Positions 37,987 to 48,264 of a stretch of DNA of 64,000 nt are shown in pieces. Each line of letters opens with the position of its first letter. Positions within the stretch are counted from its first letter, which is position 1. This DNA is from an uncultured virus (IMG/VR IMGVR_UViG_3300036970_000191) (taxonomy: Duplodnaviria > Heunggongvirae > Uroviricota > Caudoviricetes), in the IMG/VR virus record IMGVR_UViG_3300036970_000191. One strand, 5' to 3'. Under the pieces are notes generated by a model. That model saw only the letters and a list, made by a program, of their open reading frames with translations. It was not told the origin of the DNA and did no database searches. The translations under genes and the position numbers were made by a program.

Positions 37987-39994
37987 TGTATTGCCCGTGA
38001 TCAAGGCCAGGGACATCCTTTTGATGTCCACTCGGCAAGTCTGGTCACTGGGTACAGGCGTACACACCGTGGTCTTTGACAACGGTGAATCGCTAACCAC
38101 CACCATCCGACGGACCATCTTTTCACGATACTGCTGGTCTTCGTTGTTGCTTTACCCATCGTTGCCACTCTTGCCCAAGTATCACATGGGCAAGCGTTCT
38201 TTGTCCAAGGACACGGCCAAGGAAATCATGGCCATGATCCAGATGGACATCATCGACAACAACCCTCAGCACACCAAGGCATTCTCCGAAGAAATCTGGG
38301 CCAATGACTACGCTGCGATCAACGAGATCTATAACGATTTCACCGTGCAGCTTGAGGCGTACGTCACCAGCATCTCCGCCAGAGATTTTGTTAACCTGCT
38401 GAAAAACCCGACCATTGAATCCATCAACGAGAGGATTCAAAAGAGCAGCCTCATCACCGAAGAGCACATCAAGGACGCTCACAGCAACATCCTAAAGACC
38501 ATCAAGACCGACCCCACCCTGCAGGGCAACCACTTCGTCAATGCGGTGCGCTCAGGCGTACTCAAGTACGATCAAGTCCTGCAGATCGTAGGTCCGATTG
38601 GATTTAGGGCGGATGTGGATTCGCGGATTTTCTATCCACCGATCAAACATGGTTACGGTCATGGCCTGACCAACCTTTACGAATCCATGCTCGAGTCTCG
38701 CTCGGCATCACGATCCTTGTTCTTTCAGAAGAAACCGATGGAGCAATCTGAATGGACCAACCGGATTGTTCAACTGATGACGGCCATCATCCAAAACCTG
38801 CACGAAGGAGATTGTGGCACCAGCAATTACCTGTTGATTCACCTGACCAGCCGTAACCGTTTCCTGGACGCCATCGGACAGTATTATTACGACGATGAAA
38901 ATGGCGGTGTTCTTAAGCCCATCATGCCTGAGGACACCCACCTGATTGGTAAATCGGTACGCATTCGCAATGTGCTGGTTTGTGGTCACCAGGATCGCTA
39001 CGGCGTTTGTGAAACCTGCTTTGGTCAGTTGAGCCGATCCATCCCGGCAAGAACCAACATTGGTCATGTGGCTGTTACCATTTTGCTGGGTACGGTGGGA
39101 CAGTTTATTCTCTCCACCAAGCACCTTGACAAGACGGCAACGGCTGAACGGCTGACCCTTCCCTTAGAGAGTCGGTTCTATCTACAGACCGATGAACGAA
39201 TGGATTCAGCATATCTGTCATCGAACCTCTTGGGCAAGGACTTCTACATCACGTTTGACCCAGAGGAACTCAAGTACCTCATGGACATTCAATACGTTGA
39301 CGATGTGAGCGTGCTTCGTCCTGAGCGTCTTTCTTCCATCACCAAGATCTTCGTGGAGTTTGTCACCAAATACAGCATCGAAACCAAGGTTGTGTCCCTG
39401 GGTGGTTCAGCCGCCAATCCCGTACTCTCGATGGACTTTATCTCGTACATCCGTCGGGTGGGCTGGGGACTTTGTGATCAAGGTCGAATCCGTGTGGACA
39501 TGCGTCAGTGGGATTACAGCAAACCCCTCTTGACTTTGCCCATGGTACAGTTTAGTTCACCAGCCTACATGAAGTCCATCCAGGTGTTCATCAAGGGCCG
39601 CGATGAGAAGTCTGACCAGTATTCTTCGGTGACAGACTTTGATGACATGGGTGCTGCCCTGATGGCTCTTAACGATCTGGTGGGCTTGAAGCTTCGGGTG
39701 AACATCGCCCACTTGTCCGTGGTTCTACTGGCCACAAAGATCCAGGACCCTGTGACCATGGACTACCGTCCACCATTACCAAAAACCGGGGGTACACCCA
39801 TGAAGTTCTCTGACCTCATGATGTACCGTTCACTGTCAGCGGCCAATGCCAATGCCGGTCACCTTAAACTGGCGTTTAGCAAAGAGTCGTTCATGTGCAC
39901 CAAACGCCCACCCCATCCACTAGACTGGATTGTGATGCCCAATGCCCGCGAAAATGTTCCTGTACACCCATCACTTCGTTATACGCGGTTTTGA
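37928..39994 (+). CDS. Non-virion RNAP beta' C-terminal subunit (gp74-like); true start probably near 37991-37997
   Basis: ESRSA, GDCGT, Zn ligands C.HQD.YGVCETCFG, and Q..LSTKH. Confidence 0.88.
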   Translation: MVLKSPRRTVVSTSYPQATDVLPVIKARDILLMSTRQVWSLGTGVHTVVFDNGESLTTTIRRTIFSRYCWSSLLLYPSLPLLPKYHMGKRSLSKDTAKEIMAMIQMDIIDNNPQHTKAFSEEIWANDYAAINEIYNDFTVQLEAYVTSISARDFVNLLKNPTIESINERIQKSSLITEEHIKDAHSNILKTIKTDPTLQGNHFVNAVRSGVLKYDQVLQIVGPIGFRADVDSRIFYPPIKHGYGHGLTNLYESMLESRSASRSLFFQKKPMEQSEWTNRIVQLMTAIIQNLHEGDCGTSNYLLIHLTSRNRFLDAIGQYYYDDENGGVLKPIMPEDTHLIGKSVRIRNVLVCGHQDRYGVCETCFGQLSRSIPARTNIGHVAVTILLGTVGQFILSTKHLDKTATAERLTLPLESRFYLQTDERMDSAYLSSNLLGKDFYITFDPEELKYLMDIQYVDDVSVLRPERLSSITKIFVEFVTKYSIETKVVSLGGSAANPVLSMDFISYIRRVGWGLCDQGRIRVDMRQWDYSKPLLTLPMVQFSSPAYMKSIQVFIKGRDEKSDQYSSVTDFDDMGAALMALNDLVGLKLRVNIAHLSVVLLATKIQDPVTMDYRPPLPKTGGTPMKFSDLMMYRSLSAANANAGHLKLAFSKESFMCTKRPPHPLDWIVMPNARENVPVHPSLRYTRF

Positions 39995-41468
39995 CCACGT
40001 CGAGCGCAGTTGCATTGAGGAGTACCTAAAGGGGTTCGTGCAGTACAACAAACACGTTGATCGTTCTGGACGGGTACACGTCGAGAAGGTCTGCGTGTAT
40101 GCGGCTTCAAACAAAGGTCGCACGGAGTACCGCATTCATCGCAATGCCCTGCCAGAATTCAAGAAGTTCTGGCAGGAGCGTCGAATGGCGGAAATCCCCT
40201 GTGAAGAGATGTCGTTGTACGAACCAAAACTGACCACCTTTGAAATGAAGGAGATCCCACTGCGTGACACCCAGGTACCCGTCTATGAGTACCTGATCAA
40301 TGACCCCACCCGAGGCAAGCTCGTTCCCTTGCAAACGGGTCAGGGTAAAACCTTCACGTTCCTTAAAGCCATCACGACGCTTGGCGTGTTGTCTTGTGCC
40401 ATCATGCGACCCAAATACATCGAGAACTGGTTGCTGGCATTGTACGGAAAGGATCGTGTCACCAACATTGATCCAGATGACGTGCTGGTGGTTGCAGGCA
40501 GCGCACAATTGATCGCTTTGATCGAAGATGCGATGAACGACAACCTAAGCGCCAAGTTCATTCTGATCAGCAACCGTACGATCCAGAACTACATCAAGCA
40601 CTACGAGGAAGACGGCGACATCTCAGACATCTACGGTTGTAATCCCGTGGACCTGTGGAAAACGCTTGGCGTAGGCGTGGTGGGTCGGGATGAAGGTCAC
40701 CTTGATTTTCATTTCAACTTCAAGCTCGATTGCTACATGCACGCGCCCATGTCGATCACCCTCTCGGCCACATTCAACGCCGAAGACATCTTCCTCAACA
40801 AGATGCAGTCGATCCAGTTCCCGCCCTTTGCACGAGCGCCTCGGGTCAAGTGGATCAAGATCTGCGATGTACTTGGATTGGCCTATAGCCTTCGTTACCC
40901 AACCAAGATCCAATACAACCTTCGTGGTCGAAAAGACTACAACCATTCGAGGTTTGAAGAAACACTGATGCGTTCACGCAAGGGCTTTGCAGCATGGCTT
41001 GATTTGATTGCCGATGTTGTAGATCGCGAATACATCCGTCTCTATAAACCGGGCATGCGCTACATGGTCTTCGTCACCCGCGTGGACATGGCGCAAGCGG
41101 TCACGGAACATCTACAGTCGCTTAACCCAACGCTTGCGGTGAGAAAGCTTTCTCAGGGCGAAGTGCTCGAGGAGATTGTCAAGGCCGATATCGTGGTCAC
41201 CACCGTTATGTCGGGTTCCACGGCGATTGATGTTCCCGGTTTGATTGGTGCCCTACTGACCACATCGGTTGGGGCAAAGGAAACCAACATCCAGTTGCTG
41301 GGTAGGGTTCGTTATCCAAAGGACTTTCCTGAGATCAGACCGCGCTTTGTTTACCTCTACTGCGACACCATTTCCCCATCGATGTCGTACCACCAGTCCA
41401 AGCTTAAGTATTTCTCAGGCTTGGTACATTCCCACAGTTCCCGACACAGCGGCGTAACCCTTCAATAG
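39942..41468 (+). CDS. SF2 DExH helicase (gp75-like)
   Basis: LQTGQGKT, DEGH, LSAT and QLLGR.R motifs. Confidence 0.9.
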   Translation: MPAKMFLYTHHFVIRGFDHVERSCIEEYLKGFVQYNKHVDRSGRVHVEKVCVYAASNKGRTEYRIHRNALPEFKKFWQERRMAEIPCEEMSLYEPKLTTFEMKEIPLRDTQVPVYEYLINDPTRGKLVPLQTGQGKTFTFLKAITTLGVLSCAIMRPKYIENWLLALYGKDRVTNIDPDDVLVVAGSAQLIALIEDAMNDNLSAKFILISNRTIQNYIKHYEEDGDISDIYGCNPVDLWKTLGVGVVGRDEGHLDFHFNFKLDCYMHAPMSITLSATFNAEDIFLNKMQSIQFPPFARAPRVKWIKICDVLGLAYSLRYPTKIQYNLRGRKDYNHSRFEETLMRSRKGFAAWLDLIADVVDREYIRLYKPGMRYMVFVTRVDMAQAVTEHLQSLNPTLAVRKLSQGEVLEEIVKADIVVTTVMSGSTAIDVPGLIGALLTTSVGAKETNIQLLGRVRYPKDFPEIRPRFVYLYCDTISPSMSYHQSKLKYFSGLVHSHSSRHSGVTLQ

Positions 41469-41507
41469 GGTTACCCTTTTTTCACCCATCCTACCAAGGA
41501 GTGCATT

Positions 41508-41813
41508 ATGAAACGCCAATACAAGTTTAATGAAGGTATTGACCAAGCCACCAAAGAGAAGTATCTTAAGGTCATGTGCGGTCACGTCGACATGTACATG
41601 CGCGATGTCCATCACATCGGTGACGTTAAGATTGACCAAATCACCATCACCGACCATCGCGGCAGTACAAACATCCACATCCACGCCGACCGCATCGAAG
41701 TTTCGATGGAGACGTTTGTTACGGACGACCCCCTACCCAATAAAGGCGAGGAACCAAAGCCTGATTCATTGAACGACTTTTGCTGGACCGGCGCTGGGTC
41801 GCTCTGGATCTAA
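41508..41813 (+). CDS. Hypothetical protein
   Basis: AAGGAG RBS. Confidence 0.65.
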   Translation: MKRQYKFNEGIDQATKEKYLKVMCGHVDMYMRDVHHIGDVKIDQITITDHRGSTNIHIHADRIEVSMETFVTDDPLPNKGEEPKPDSLNDFCWTGAGSLWI

Positions 41814-41816
41814 CAC

Positions 41817-42146
41817 ATGAAAACCATCCCCCCAGAACTACTCGAAGGCTTTAGGATACTCTCCATGACTTCCGACTGGATGCAGGCACGTTACCCCTAT
41901 GCGGGAATTGCCTTATCCGGTTGGCAAGACTGGGAGCTTTCGCCTTACTGGGTCAAGATCATTCGTGACGTAAGACGCGGTAAACTGGTCATTCGGATCA
42001 ACTCCCCTTTTGGGGTGGTGAAACAACATTACAACCTCAAGACCTTTGAGGCGGTGATGTCCGTTAAAGACCCAAAGACCGACAAATGGAAGGAAGTCTT
42101 TAGGGACACACTGCCTGAAGACAAACGGGTTATTTTAACCGCATGA
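41817..42146 (+). CDS. Hypothetical protein
   Basis: Follows the previous gene by 3 nt; ends before a hairpin. Confidence 0.6.
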   Translation: MKTIPPELLEGFRILSMTSDWMQARYPYAGIALSGWQDWELSPYWVKIIRDVRRGKLVIRINSPFGVVKQHYNLKTFEAVMSVKDPKTDKWKEVFRDTLPEDKRVILTA

Positions 42147-42157
42147 TGGCATAGGTC

Positions 42158-42189
42158 TGTCTGGTACCGCCCGAGGGCGGTACCAGACA
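42158..42189. terminator. Hairpin between convergent genes
   Basis: TGTCTGGTACCGCCC-GA-GGGCGGTACCAGACA. Confidence 0.75.
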
Positions 42190-42199
42190 TGAAGCTTTG

Positions 42200-42805
42200 C
42201 TAGACATCCAGAAAATCGAAGTCTCCTCCAGAATCGCTCTGGTTGACCCGACTTCTTTTTTTTGCCATCTCGGTTTCTCGTCTTTCCCTAGAGAGGTTGA
42301 TCCGTTGTCTTCTCAATCGCTCTTCCACCTCGTAATAAGGCAGAGCAATGAATTGATCAAAGGTCAAGCCGTATACCTCCTTGATTTGGTTGACCCGATA
42401 CTCTTCAAAGCGAATGGTCATTCGGTTTTGGCTGACCACATCTTCTTCTGGAAAGTATTCCATCATCTGACCCATGGCCACATCCAAAATCGCATCGCGA
42501 TCAAGAAACTCTTCACCGGGAACCGAAGGCAACTGAATGCCCAGGAAACGATCGAGATAGTAATCAAGCAAGAACACTTTTTTACGATCACGAGTCAGCT
42601 TAAAGCACCAATCATTTTGCCGTATGTATTCCTTTAAACACTCGAACTGATAGTCAAAGACGTCTTCATGGGTTTCAAAGTCGTAATGACCATCAAGTCC
42701 GAGGTTAAGGTCGGCAATGTGCTTTCGATTGGCCCAATCCCTTTGCTCTAGATCATATTGATCGACGTTGTTTGCCGTCGACCCAAGCGATGTTGAAGAA
42801 GGATA
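42200..42805 (-). CDS. -1-frame extension of the gp77-like gene (gp76-like); probably made by programmed frameshift
   Basis: Frame is open 42859-42200 with no ATG/GTG/TTG until 42577; entered at the T8 run. Confidence 0.7.
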   Translation of the reverse strand, partial: YPSSTSLGSTANNVDQYDLEQRDWANRKHIADLNLGLDGHYDFETHEDVFDYQFECLKEYIRQNDWCFKLTRDRKKVFLLDYYLDRFLGIQLPSVPGEEFLDRDAILDVAMGQMMEYFPEEDVVSQNRMTIRFEEYRVNQIKEVYGLTFDQFIALPYYEVEERLRRQRINLSRERRETEMAKKRSRVNQSDSGGDFDFLDV

Positions 42806-44235
42806 AAAAAAAGCTGCAGCGCATCCACCGGGATCAGGCGAGGATGTTTCTTTTCTTCCTCAGTCATGGGTCCTTCGCAGTTTGGACAACGATGCTTGGG
42901 CGTACAAACCACGGTCACAGCCGTACGGTCAATGAACTCACGAACGCCCTTCATCAGCGCTTTCATGATGTCATCGTCAGTTGCCAGATCCGACAGGCTG
43001 TCGTCAATGGTGTCACGGTCCTTGATGGAAACGACACGGCCATCAGCTTCGGTGTAGTTGATCGCATGGATCAGGTGGCCATATTGACGCGAAGTGGTCA
43101 GGCGCGAACGGTTTAGAATCTGACGTTCACGGAACTCTTCAGAGACACTGTCGTCCATAAAGGCATCCACCGTTTCAACGATGCCTTCGATCCAGCGCGT
43201 CGCATTCTCGATGTAATCGGACATAGAAGCATTCTGGAAGTTAACCGTGACCACGTCACCAACCCGATACGATTCCTTGCTGTCGCTAAAGATCGCCTGA
43301 TAAGCCTTGATCTCATCAACGGTACGTTTCTTCTCGATACCTTCTGACATGTACTGACGTTGAAAGTCCGTCAGCTTGTTCGTGTCAGACATCACCATCG
43401 CCCATGGCATCAGCACCGATTTCTCAATGTATTCACAAGCCGAAGGGTTCTTCGTACAAGGACGTTTAACCACAAAGCCCTTGACGTAAATGACACTGGC
43501 CACCCAAGCACTTAGTGCATACAGGTCACTGATCTTGATCAGATCAGCAAGGTTATCCACCGAGTTGTCCTTAATGTTCGTGTCCACCACATGGTCCATG
43601 ACCAGTCGCAGAAAATGCTTGGCCATATACGCCGTGGTTGAGGACAGGGCAAGTCCTGTGGTCAGGCGACCCAATTTAACCCGTTCCATGGCCACGAGGG
43701 TTTGAAGATTGGCCAAAGCTTCATCAGAGACAGGCTTGATGGTGAGCCAGAGACCAGAACCAAACAGCGGGATGGTTCTGTACTGACCCAGACCCAGCAG
43801 GTAACGCAGGCGAAGTACGGCCTTCTCACCAGAAACGGTACCGGTTGCACTGGGCTTTGCCACCACATCGTCAATAGTCCCCGTGATGCGTTGTCCCTGA
43901 TGGGCAACACCAAGGTTCCACTCGCCATCTTTACGGTTCACCGCATCCAGAAAGACGCCCTGGCGCACACGCAAGCGCTCAGCTTTCTCAACGGCATCAA
44001 ACCAGCGCTTGGATTCCTCACCCCGACCAACGGCGTAATGGGACCACTCTTCAAGTTGGGTTTCAAGGGTACGGTCATCCATGCGAAACATGGGCACACC
44101 GGTTTCTTTCTCGCGACTTTCTTCGACTTCCTTGAAAGCCTCCACGGGCATCAGCACATTTTCATTGGCCAGAGAAACAGTGTTGGTCTCCACTTGTTCC
44201 GTCACGTTTGTTTCCACAGTGTTGTTCTCACTCAT
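42748..44235 (-). CDS. gp77-like protein; putative tail/baseplate assembly chaperone
   Basis: IPL..SG.W.T.KP, IY..GF...RPC, CPNC and C-terminal LFFIL; synteny. Confidence 0.7.
   Translation of the reverse strand: MSENNTVETNVTEQVETNTVSLANENVLMPVEAFKEVEESREKETGVPMFRMDDRTLETQLEEWSHYAVGRGEESKRWFDAVEKAERLRVRQGVFLDAVNRKDGEWNLGVAHQGQRITGTIDDVVAKPSATGTVSGEKAVLRLRYLLGLGQYRTIPLFGSGLWLTIKPVSDEALANLQTLVAMERVKLGRLTTGLALSSTTAYMAKHFLRLVMDHVVDTNIKDNSVDNLADLIKISDLYALSAWVASVIYVKGFVVKRPCTKNPSACEYIEKSVLMPWAMVMSDTNKLTDFQRQYMSEGIEKKRTVDEIKAYQAIFSDSKESYRVGDVVTVNFQNASMSDYIENATRWIEGIVETVDAFMDDSVSEEFRERQILNRSRLTTSRQYGHLIHAINYTEADGRVVSIKDRDTIDDSLSDLATDDDIMKALMKGVREFIDRTAVTVVCTPKHRCPNCEGPMTEEEKKHPRLIPVDALQLFFILLQHRLGRRQTTSINMI
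42805..42812 (-). promoter_or_regulatory. Slippery site CTT TTT TTT (X XXY YYZ = T TTT TTT)
   Basis: A8 on the + strand, in the correct codon phase, within the overlap of the two frames. Confidence 0.7.
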
Positions 44236-44689
44236 CGGTTTTCTCCTGGGTTACGGGTTGATCCTGTTTGACTTTTTCAACAAGTTGGTCACGGATGGTT
44301 GCCAGTTGCTCCATCGGCAATGACAACAGGGCGGTTTGTTTGTTGGCGATGTCAATGTATCGGGCATTGATTTCCATCACCAGTCCAGTGGCTCGATCGG
44401 TGTCGGGAACCTTCCCTTTATAAAAGACAACCTCCCCATCTTTGCCTTTACCGCTGTGCATGGCAGCCGTTTCATTGATCTCGTTGACAATGGCTTTCAC
44501 GTCCAGCGTAATGCTTTTGATCAGCGTGGCGGTTTCTTTTTTCAACCCTTCGTCCATGAGCGGACCAAACTCTTTGGCAAACTCACTGTAACCACGAATG
44601 GGCTCGAGGTTTTCAAGACAGGTATCATGTTTGGCGACTAGACTGTCCCAAGTTTCAACAGTCTTTTTCGCAGATGGCTTTTTGGACAT
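44228..44689 (-). CDS. Hypothetical helical protein
   Basis: AAGGAG RBS; overlaps the gp77-like start. Confidence 0.7.
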   Translation of the reverse strand: MSKKPSAKKTVETWDSLVAKHDTCLENLEPIRGYSEFAKEFGPLMDEGLKKETATLIKSITLDVKAIVNEINETAAMHSGKGKDGEVVFYKGKVPDTDRATGLVMEINARYIDIANKQTALLSLPMEQLATIRDQLVEKVKQDQPVTQEKTDE

Positions 44690-44771
44690 ACAGACTCCTT
44701 AAATCGTATGTAAAACGGACGGCTTTGTCGTACGATGAAGCCCCTTCATATTTTATTACGGAGCAAGTTTC

Positions 44772-45593
44772 ATGCTCAAAGACCTCGAAGATTCCTTCTA
44801 CCGAATCCTGCCTGCCCCAAGGGCAGACTTGATTGTCAAGGCAATCAATGAACTTGAGTCGGTGAATTTCGAAAATGGCGTTGCCGAAGTCTATCAACTT
44901 TGGTCAGGTTCACCCATCAGCGACACCGCGCAGATGATCGATGACACTGAAGTCATTTTAAGAACCGCACATCGAATGCTCCTGCACCGCTATGGGATCA
45001 GTCTAAGTGAAGAATCATTGTCTTCGCTGGTTGAAACCAATGAACGCATTCGCTACATCGGTACCTCTATGGAACACGAGATGTATAGGGAAGTGCTCTT
45101 AAAAGAAAACGACGCGATTGACACCACCGCCGAACTACTCGCCATGCCCTTTGGGGAAAACTGGACCAGGCATTCAACCAAACTTGCTGTGGTCAGCGAA
45201 GACTTTATTCAAAGGGTCAAAGAGATTCATGATGTTGACCCCGATGAAGAAGCGGTTGTCCCCATGGATGTTTCTTTGCTTCGAAAGTACGTCAGACGTT
45301 TCCCACGACGCGTTGCAGAGAATATGGTGAGAGACCTTGGTATGCCCCCTGGCACGCCCGTAGAGGCCACTGTAAGTCAATACAAGGCCTACCTCAAGGG
45401 TCTGTGTCCAGACAACCCAAAAGACGCTGCCATTGAGTTTCTGGGCATGGTCATACTCTCAGGCGAAGGCTACGATCAACTCAGTCGAACGACCGCCGAT
45501 GAACTGGCCAAGTTTTACACTGACCCTGAGTTTCTGCTCAAGCTACCCAATCAGATTTCCATGGCCTTAAACGAGATCCCCAGAAATGGATAA
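44772..45593 (+). CDS. gp79-like conserved protein
   Basis: GGAG RBS; lies upstream of the vRNAP subunit gene. Confidence 0.65.
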   Translation: MLKDLEDSFYRILPAPRADLIVKAINELESVNFENGVAEVYQLWSGSPISDTAQMIDDTEVILRTAHRMLLHRYGISLSEESLSSLVETNERIRYIGTSMEHEMYREVLLKENDAIDTTAELLAMPFGENWTRHSTKLAVVSEDFIQRVKEIHDVDPDEEAVVPMDVSLLRKYVRRFPRRVAENMVRDLGMPPGTPVEATVSQYKAYLKGLCPDNPKDAAIEFLGMVILSGEGYDQLSRTTADELAKFYTDPEFLLKLPNQISMALNEIPRNG

Positions 45594-46884
45594 GCGCACT
45601 TACCTGATTGAATCCATCCAGGCCAAAGCGCATTTAAAGAAGCGCTGGGTCTTTGATGCCTTTGGCGTGGTGACAAGACAAACCCTTGAAACCTACGGCA
45701 AAGAACCTTTTGCCTACCAACTCTTCTTACTGACCAGCGATTCTGATGCACTGGGTTATTATGACCCCGTGGAAAGAAAAGTCATTGCGCTAAGCCAGCA
45801 AGCCACCCCGTTGCTTACTTTTAAAGAAAAGATGACGGTTCATCCCATGGAGTTGCCCAACGTCAAAGAAGAGATACAGACCACCTACGGCAACGTATTT
45901 CTAAACGCCGTGTTGTTCTGCTACCCTTTTCACGATAAGATTCCCTTTCAAAAAGGAAAGATCAAGATTGGTCCAATTGAATCTCAAGTGGCCAAGAAAC
46001 TCAGTCGTGATCCCGTGGGCGATGAACCAAAAGACCCTAACGTCTTTTATGTCTCGGAGCACTTGAAGTTTCAAAGGGCACTCTTGTACATAGATCAGTT
46101 CAGTGTCCTGGCATCCCCTTCGACGTCCTACAAGTCACAAATCCCCTTGCCTTCGGTCATGGCCCTTCGAGACAAACTGGTCAAAGAAAGCGGTGACAAG
46201 ATTCAAGACCCGGTCGTGCTCGCGGGTATTGAAAAGCAACTCACCGACAAGATGAAGGAAGAGTACGAAGGCGATCCGGTCATGGATGCGGCCATGTCAG
46301 GAAAGATCCTCGACCTCTGCCTTAAGAAGAAATACGGCATCTATGGTCTTGAAGCAGGCTTTGGTGAGGAAACCGTGATCACGCGTTCGTTGTCTGAAGG
46401 TTTTGACCCCGCCATGATGCCAGCTTACGTCAACGCTGCCCGCTCCGCTTCTTACAGCCGGGGTGCCCAGACGGCCTTTGGAGGCGTGGAAGTAAAACGG
46501 GCAAACCGTGCGTTTCGTTCGGTCAATATCATTGAGGACGATTGCGGGAGCAAAGAAGGCGTTCCGTATATTGTTTCAAGCATCCTACCTTTGGTTGGAC
46601 GGTATTACATCGAACCCACCAGCAAGAAACCCGTCCTCATCACCGAGGAGATGTCCAACTCCGCCATGGGCACTACGCTCATGATTCGAAGCCCATTGTT
46701 ATGTAGGACAAAAGGTCTACATTTCTGTAAGACCTGTTGTGGTACCAAGCTTTCCATGCTTCCAAATGGCATACACACCGTGGTCAGCGCCATCGGCAGT
46801 ATTTTCATGAACTGCTTCATGAAAGCTATGCACGGTAAAGTGTTGTCAACCCAGAAGTACGATTTCAAAGCCAGAATTCAATAG
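45586..46884 (+). CDS. Virion RNA polymerase beta' C-terminal subunit (gp80-like)
   Basis: SL.EG, N.AR..SY.RG..TA.GG, DDCG, RSPL.C, FC..C.G and MKAMHG motifs. Confidence 0.88.
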   Translation: MDKRTYLIESIQAKAHLKKRWVFDAFGVVTRQTLETYGKEPFAYQLFLLTSDSDALGYYDPVERKVIALSQQATPLLTFKEKMTVHPMELPNVKEEIQTTYGNVFLNAVLFCYPFHDKIPFQKGKIKIGPIESQVAKKLSRDPVGDEPKDPNVFYVSEHLKFQRALLYIDQFSVLASPSTSYKSQIPLPSVMALRDKLVKESGDKIQDPVVLAGIEKQLTDKMKEEYEGDPVMDAAMSGKILDLCLKKKYGIYGLEAGFGEETVITRSLSEGFDPAMMPAYVNAARSASYSRGAQTAFGGVEVKRANRAFRSVNIIEDDCGSKEGVPYIVSSILPLVGRYYIEPTSKKPVLITEEMSNSAMGTTLMIRSPLLCRTKGLHFCKTCCGTKLSMLPNGIHTVVSAIGSIFMNCFMKAMHGKVLSTQKYDFKARIQ

Positions 46885-46894
46885 GAGAAATCCC

Positions 46895-47527
46895 ATGGCA
46901 CAACCCCCCGTGCAAAAGACCCGTAACCGTTCACGCAAGCCGAGTGTCAGTGTGGAACAACCCATTGTTGACGATCAGGTAGATCTGAACGAACAGGAAA
47001 CCCCCGAAGCCCAGGTACAGCCTGATCCACCTGCCCCTACGCTGGCCACCTTGTCCGTACTTGAGCAGGTTTGTCAGAAATATCAGATGGACCCCACCAA
47101 GGCTCCGCTGGCACTGATCAACCTGTGCAATGACCTCAACCGTTATTGCAACACCATGTCGACCCGAGCAAACACAACGCCTGAGTCCATCGCCAGTGGC
47201 TATCAACTGCTGCAACAAATCTATTCGTCTGCAACGAGTCAACCTGACCCTCATGTCAGCCAGATTTGCATCGATGCCGTCTCGGTGTACTTCTCCACAC
47301 GCGAACACGACGTTTTCTCTGCACGACTGATTGGACGGTTCCCAGCCAACCAACCGCGTAACAGCCATCTGGTCACCATGGTCTCTGCACTGACCCGTTT
47401 CTTTAGTGTTTCGGCCAAGGTTTCTACCCGTCGGGAAATCGCCAAGTACGTTGACATGGCCACACTGGCCCGTTACCTGCCAACCGACGTACAACGCAAC
47501 AACGTCACCAGCTACGTGAACAACTGA
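46895..47527 (+). CDS. Hypothetical protein
   Basis: AGGAG RBS; followed by a hairpin. Confidence 0.7.
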   Translation: MAQPPVQKTRNRSRKPSVSVEQPIVDDQVDLNEQETPEAQVQPDPPAPTLATLSVLEQVCQKYQMDPTKAPLALINLCNDLNRYCNTMSTRANTTPESIASGYQLLQQIYSSATSQPDPHVSQICIDAVSVYFSTREHDVFSARLIGRFPANQPRNSHLVTMVSALTRFFSVSAKVSTRREIAKYVDMATLARYLPTDVQRNNVTSYVNN

Positions 47528-47537
47528 TTAACGTGCT

Positions 47538-47573
47538 TATTCACAGGACTCTCGCAAGAGAGTCCTGTGAATA
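47538..47573 (+). terminator. Hairpin with GCAA loop
   Basis: TATTCACAGGACTCTC-GCAA-GAGAGTCCTGTGAATA. Confidence 0.75.
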
Positions 47574-47701
47574 TTAAATTACCTTGATTCTAATTTTTTT
47601 ATAGTCACTCACCATTTAGATGAACCCACTCGTTTAAGTCCTCCCCCTTAGACATTCCATGTGAGTGGTATCCCTTGGGGAGTTTGTTTAGGAGTTTTAT
47701 C

Positions 47702-48055
47702 ATGGGCAAGTTTATTCGTGTTACCAGCAACGAAGGCTTCACCAACGTCCGGCATTTTGAGGGGGCACTTTATGTGCCGTTCGAAGATGTGGACTGCGAT
47801 GTCTGCGCCGCCGTCGGCGGGTACTGCGGCAACTGCAGCGGGCACTGCTGGTCGGAGGTTCACGACCTCCCTCCAGAGGAGCCTGCCTACAACGTGGCAG
47901 TTGAACACTGCCCCCACTGCGGTGACGCGGGGTACTCCCACACCCTCACCGAGGCGGAGTACGCTGCGGAGGAACGGCGTTACTCCTCCGCATGGGAGGA
48001 TTGCCCCGTCGACGGCTGCGGTGCCCCACGCGGGCACTCCGTGACCCCGTTGTAG
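47702..48055 (+). CDS. Cys-rich metal-binding protein
   Basis: AGGAG RBS; CDVC...CGNCSGHC, CPHC and CPVDGC. Confidence 0.75.
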   Translation: MGKFIRVTSNEGFTNVRHFEGALYVPFEDVDCDVCAAVGGYCGNCSGHCWSEVHDLPPEEPAYNVAVEHCPHCGDAGYSHTLTEAEYAAEERRYSSAWEDCPVDGCGAPRGHSVTPL

Positions 48056-48177
48056 GAAGCAAGCTGGCTGACTGACTACAGTCCGCAGAAATAAGGCCGC
48101 TGTGTTACTCAAGGGTCTTTTAACGAGGGTACTAAAAACAGTACCCTTTCTCACTAACGTACATCAGGAGAAGAATA

Positions 48178-48264
48178 ATGTACGTGTTCATCGGTTTTGA
48201 CCAGTACCCCTGTGGGGCCTGTGTATTCTGCGGTGAGAGCGAAGTCTCTTGCCGCTGCAACTAA
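48178..48264 (+). CDS. 28-aa Cys-rich microprotein MYVFIGFDQYPCGACVFCGESEVSCRCN
   Basis: AGGAG 7 nt upstream; terminator 48268-48324 directly downstream. Confidence 0.6.
   Translation: MYVFIGFDQYPCGACVFCGESEVSCRCN

Noticed and set aside
42578..42583. Second frameshift at the A6 run before GTG 42577
   Set aside because: Counting shows CGT AAA AAA GTG is already in frame with the extension.
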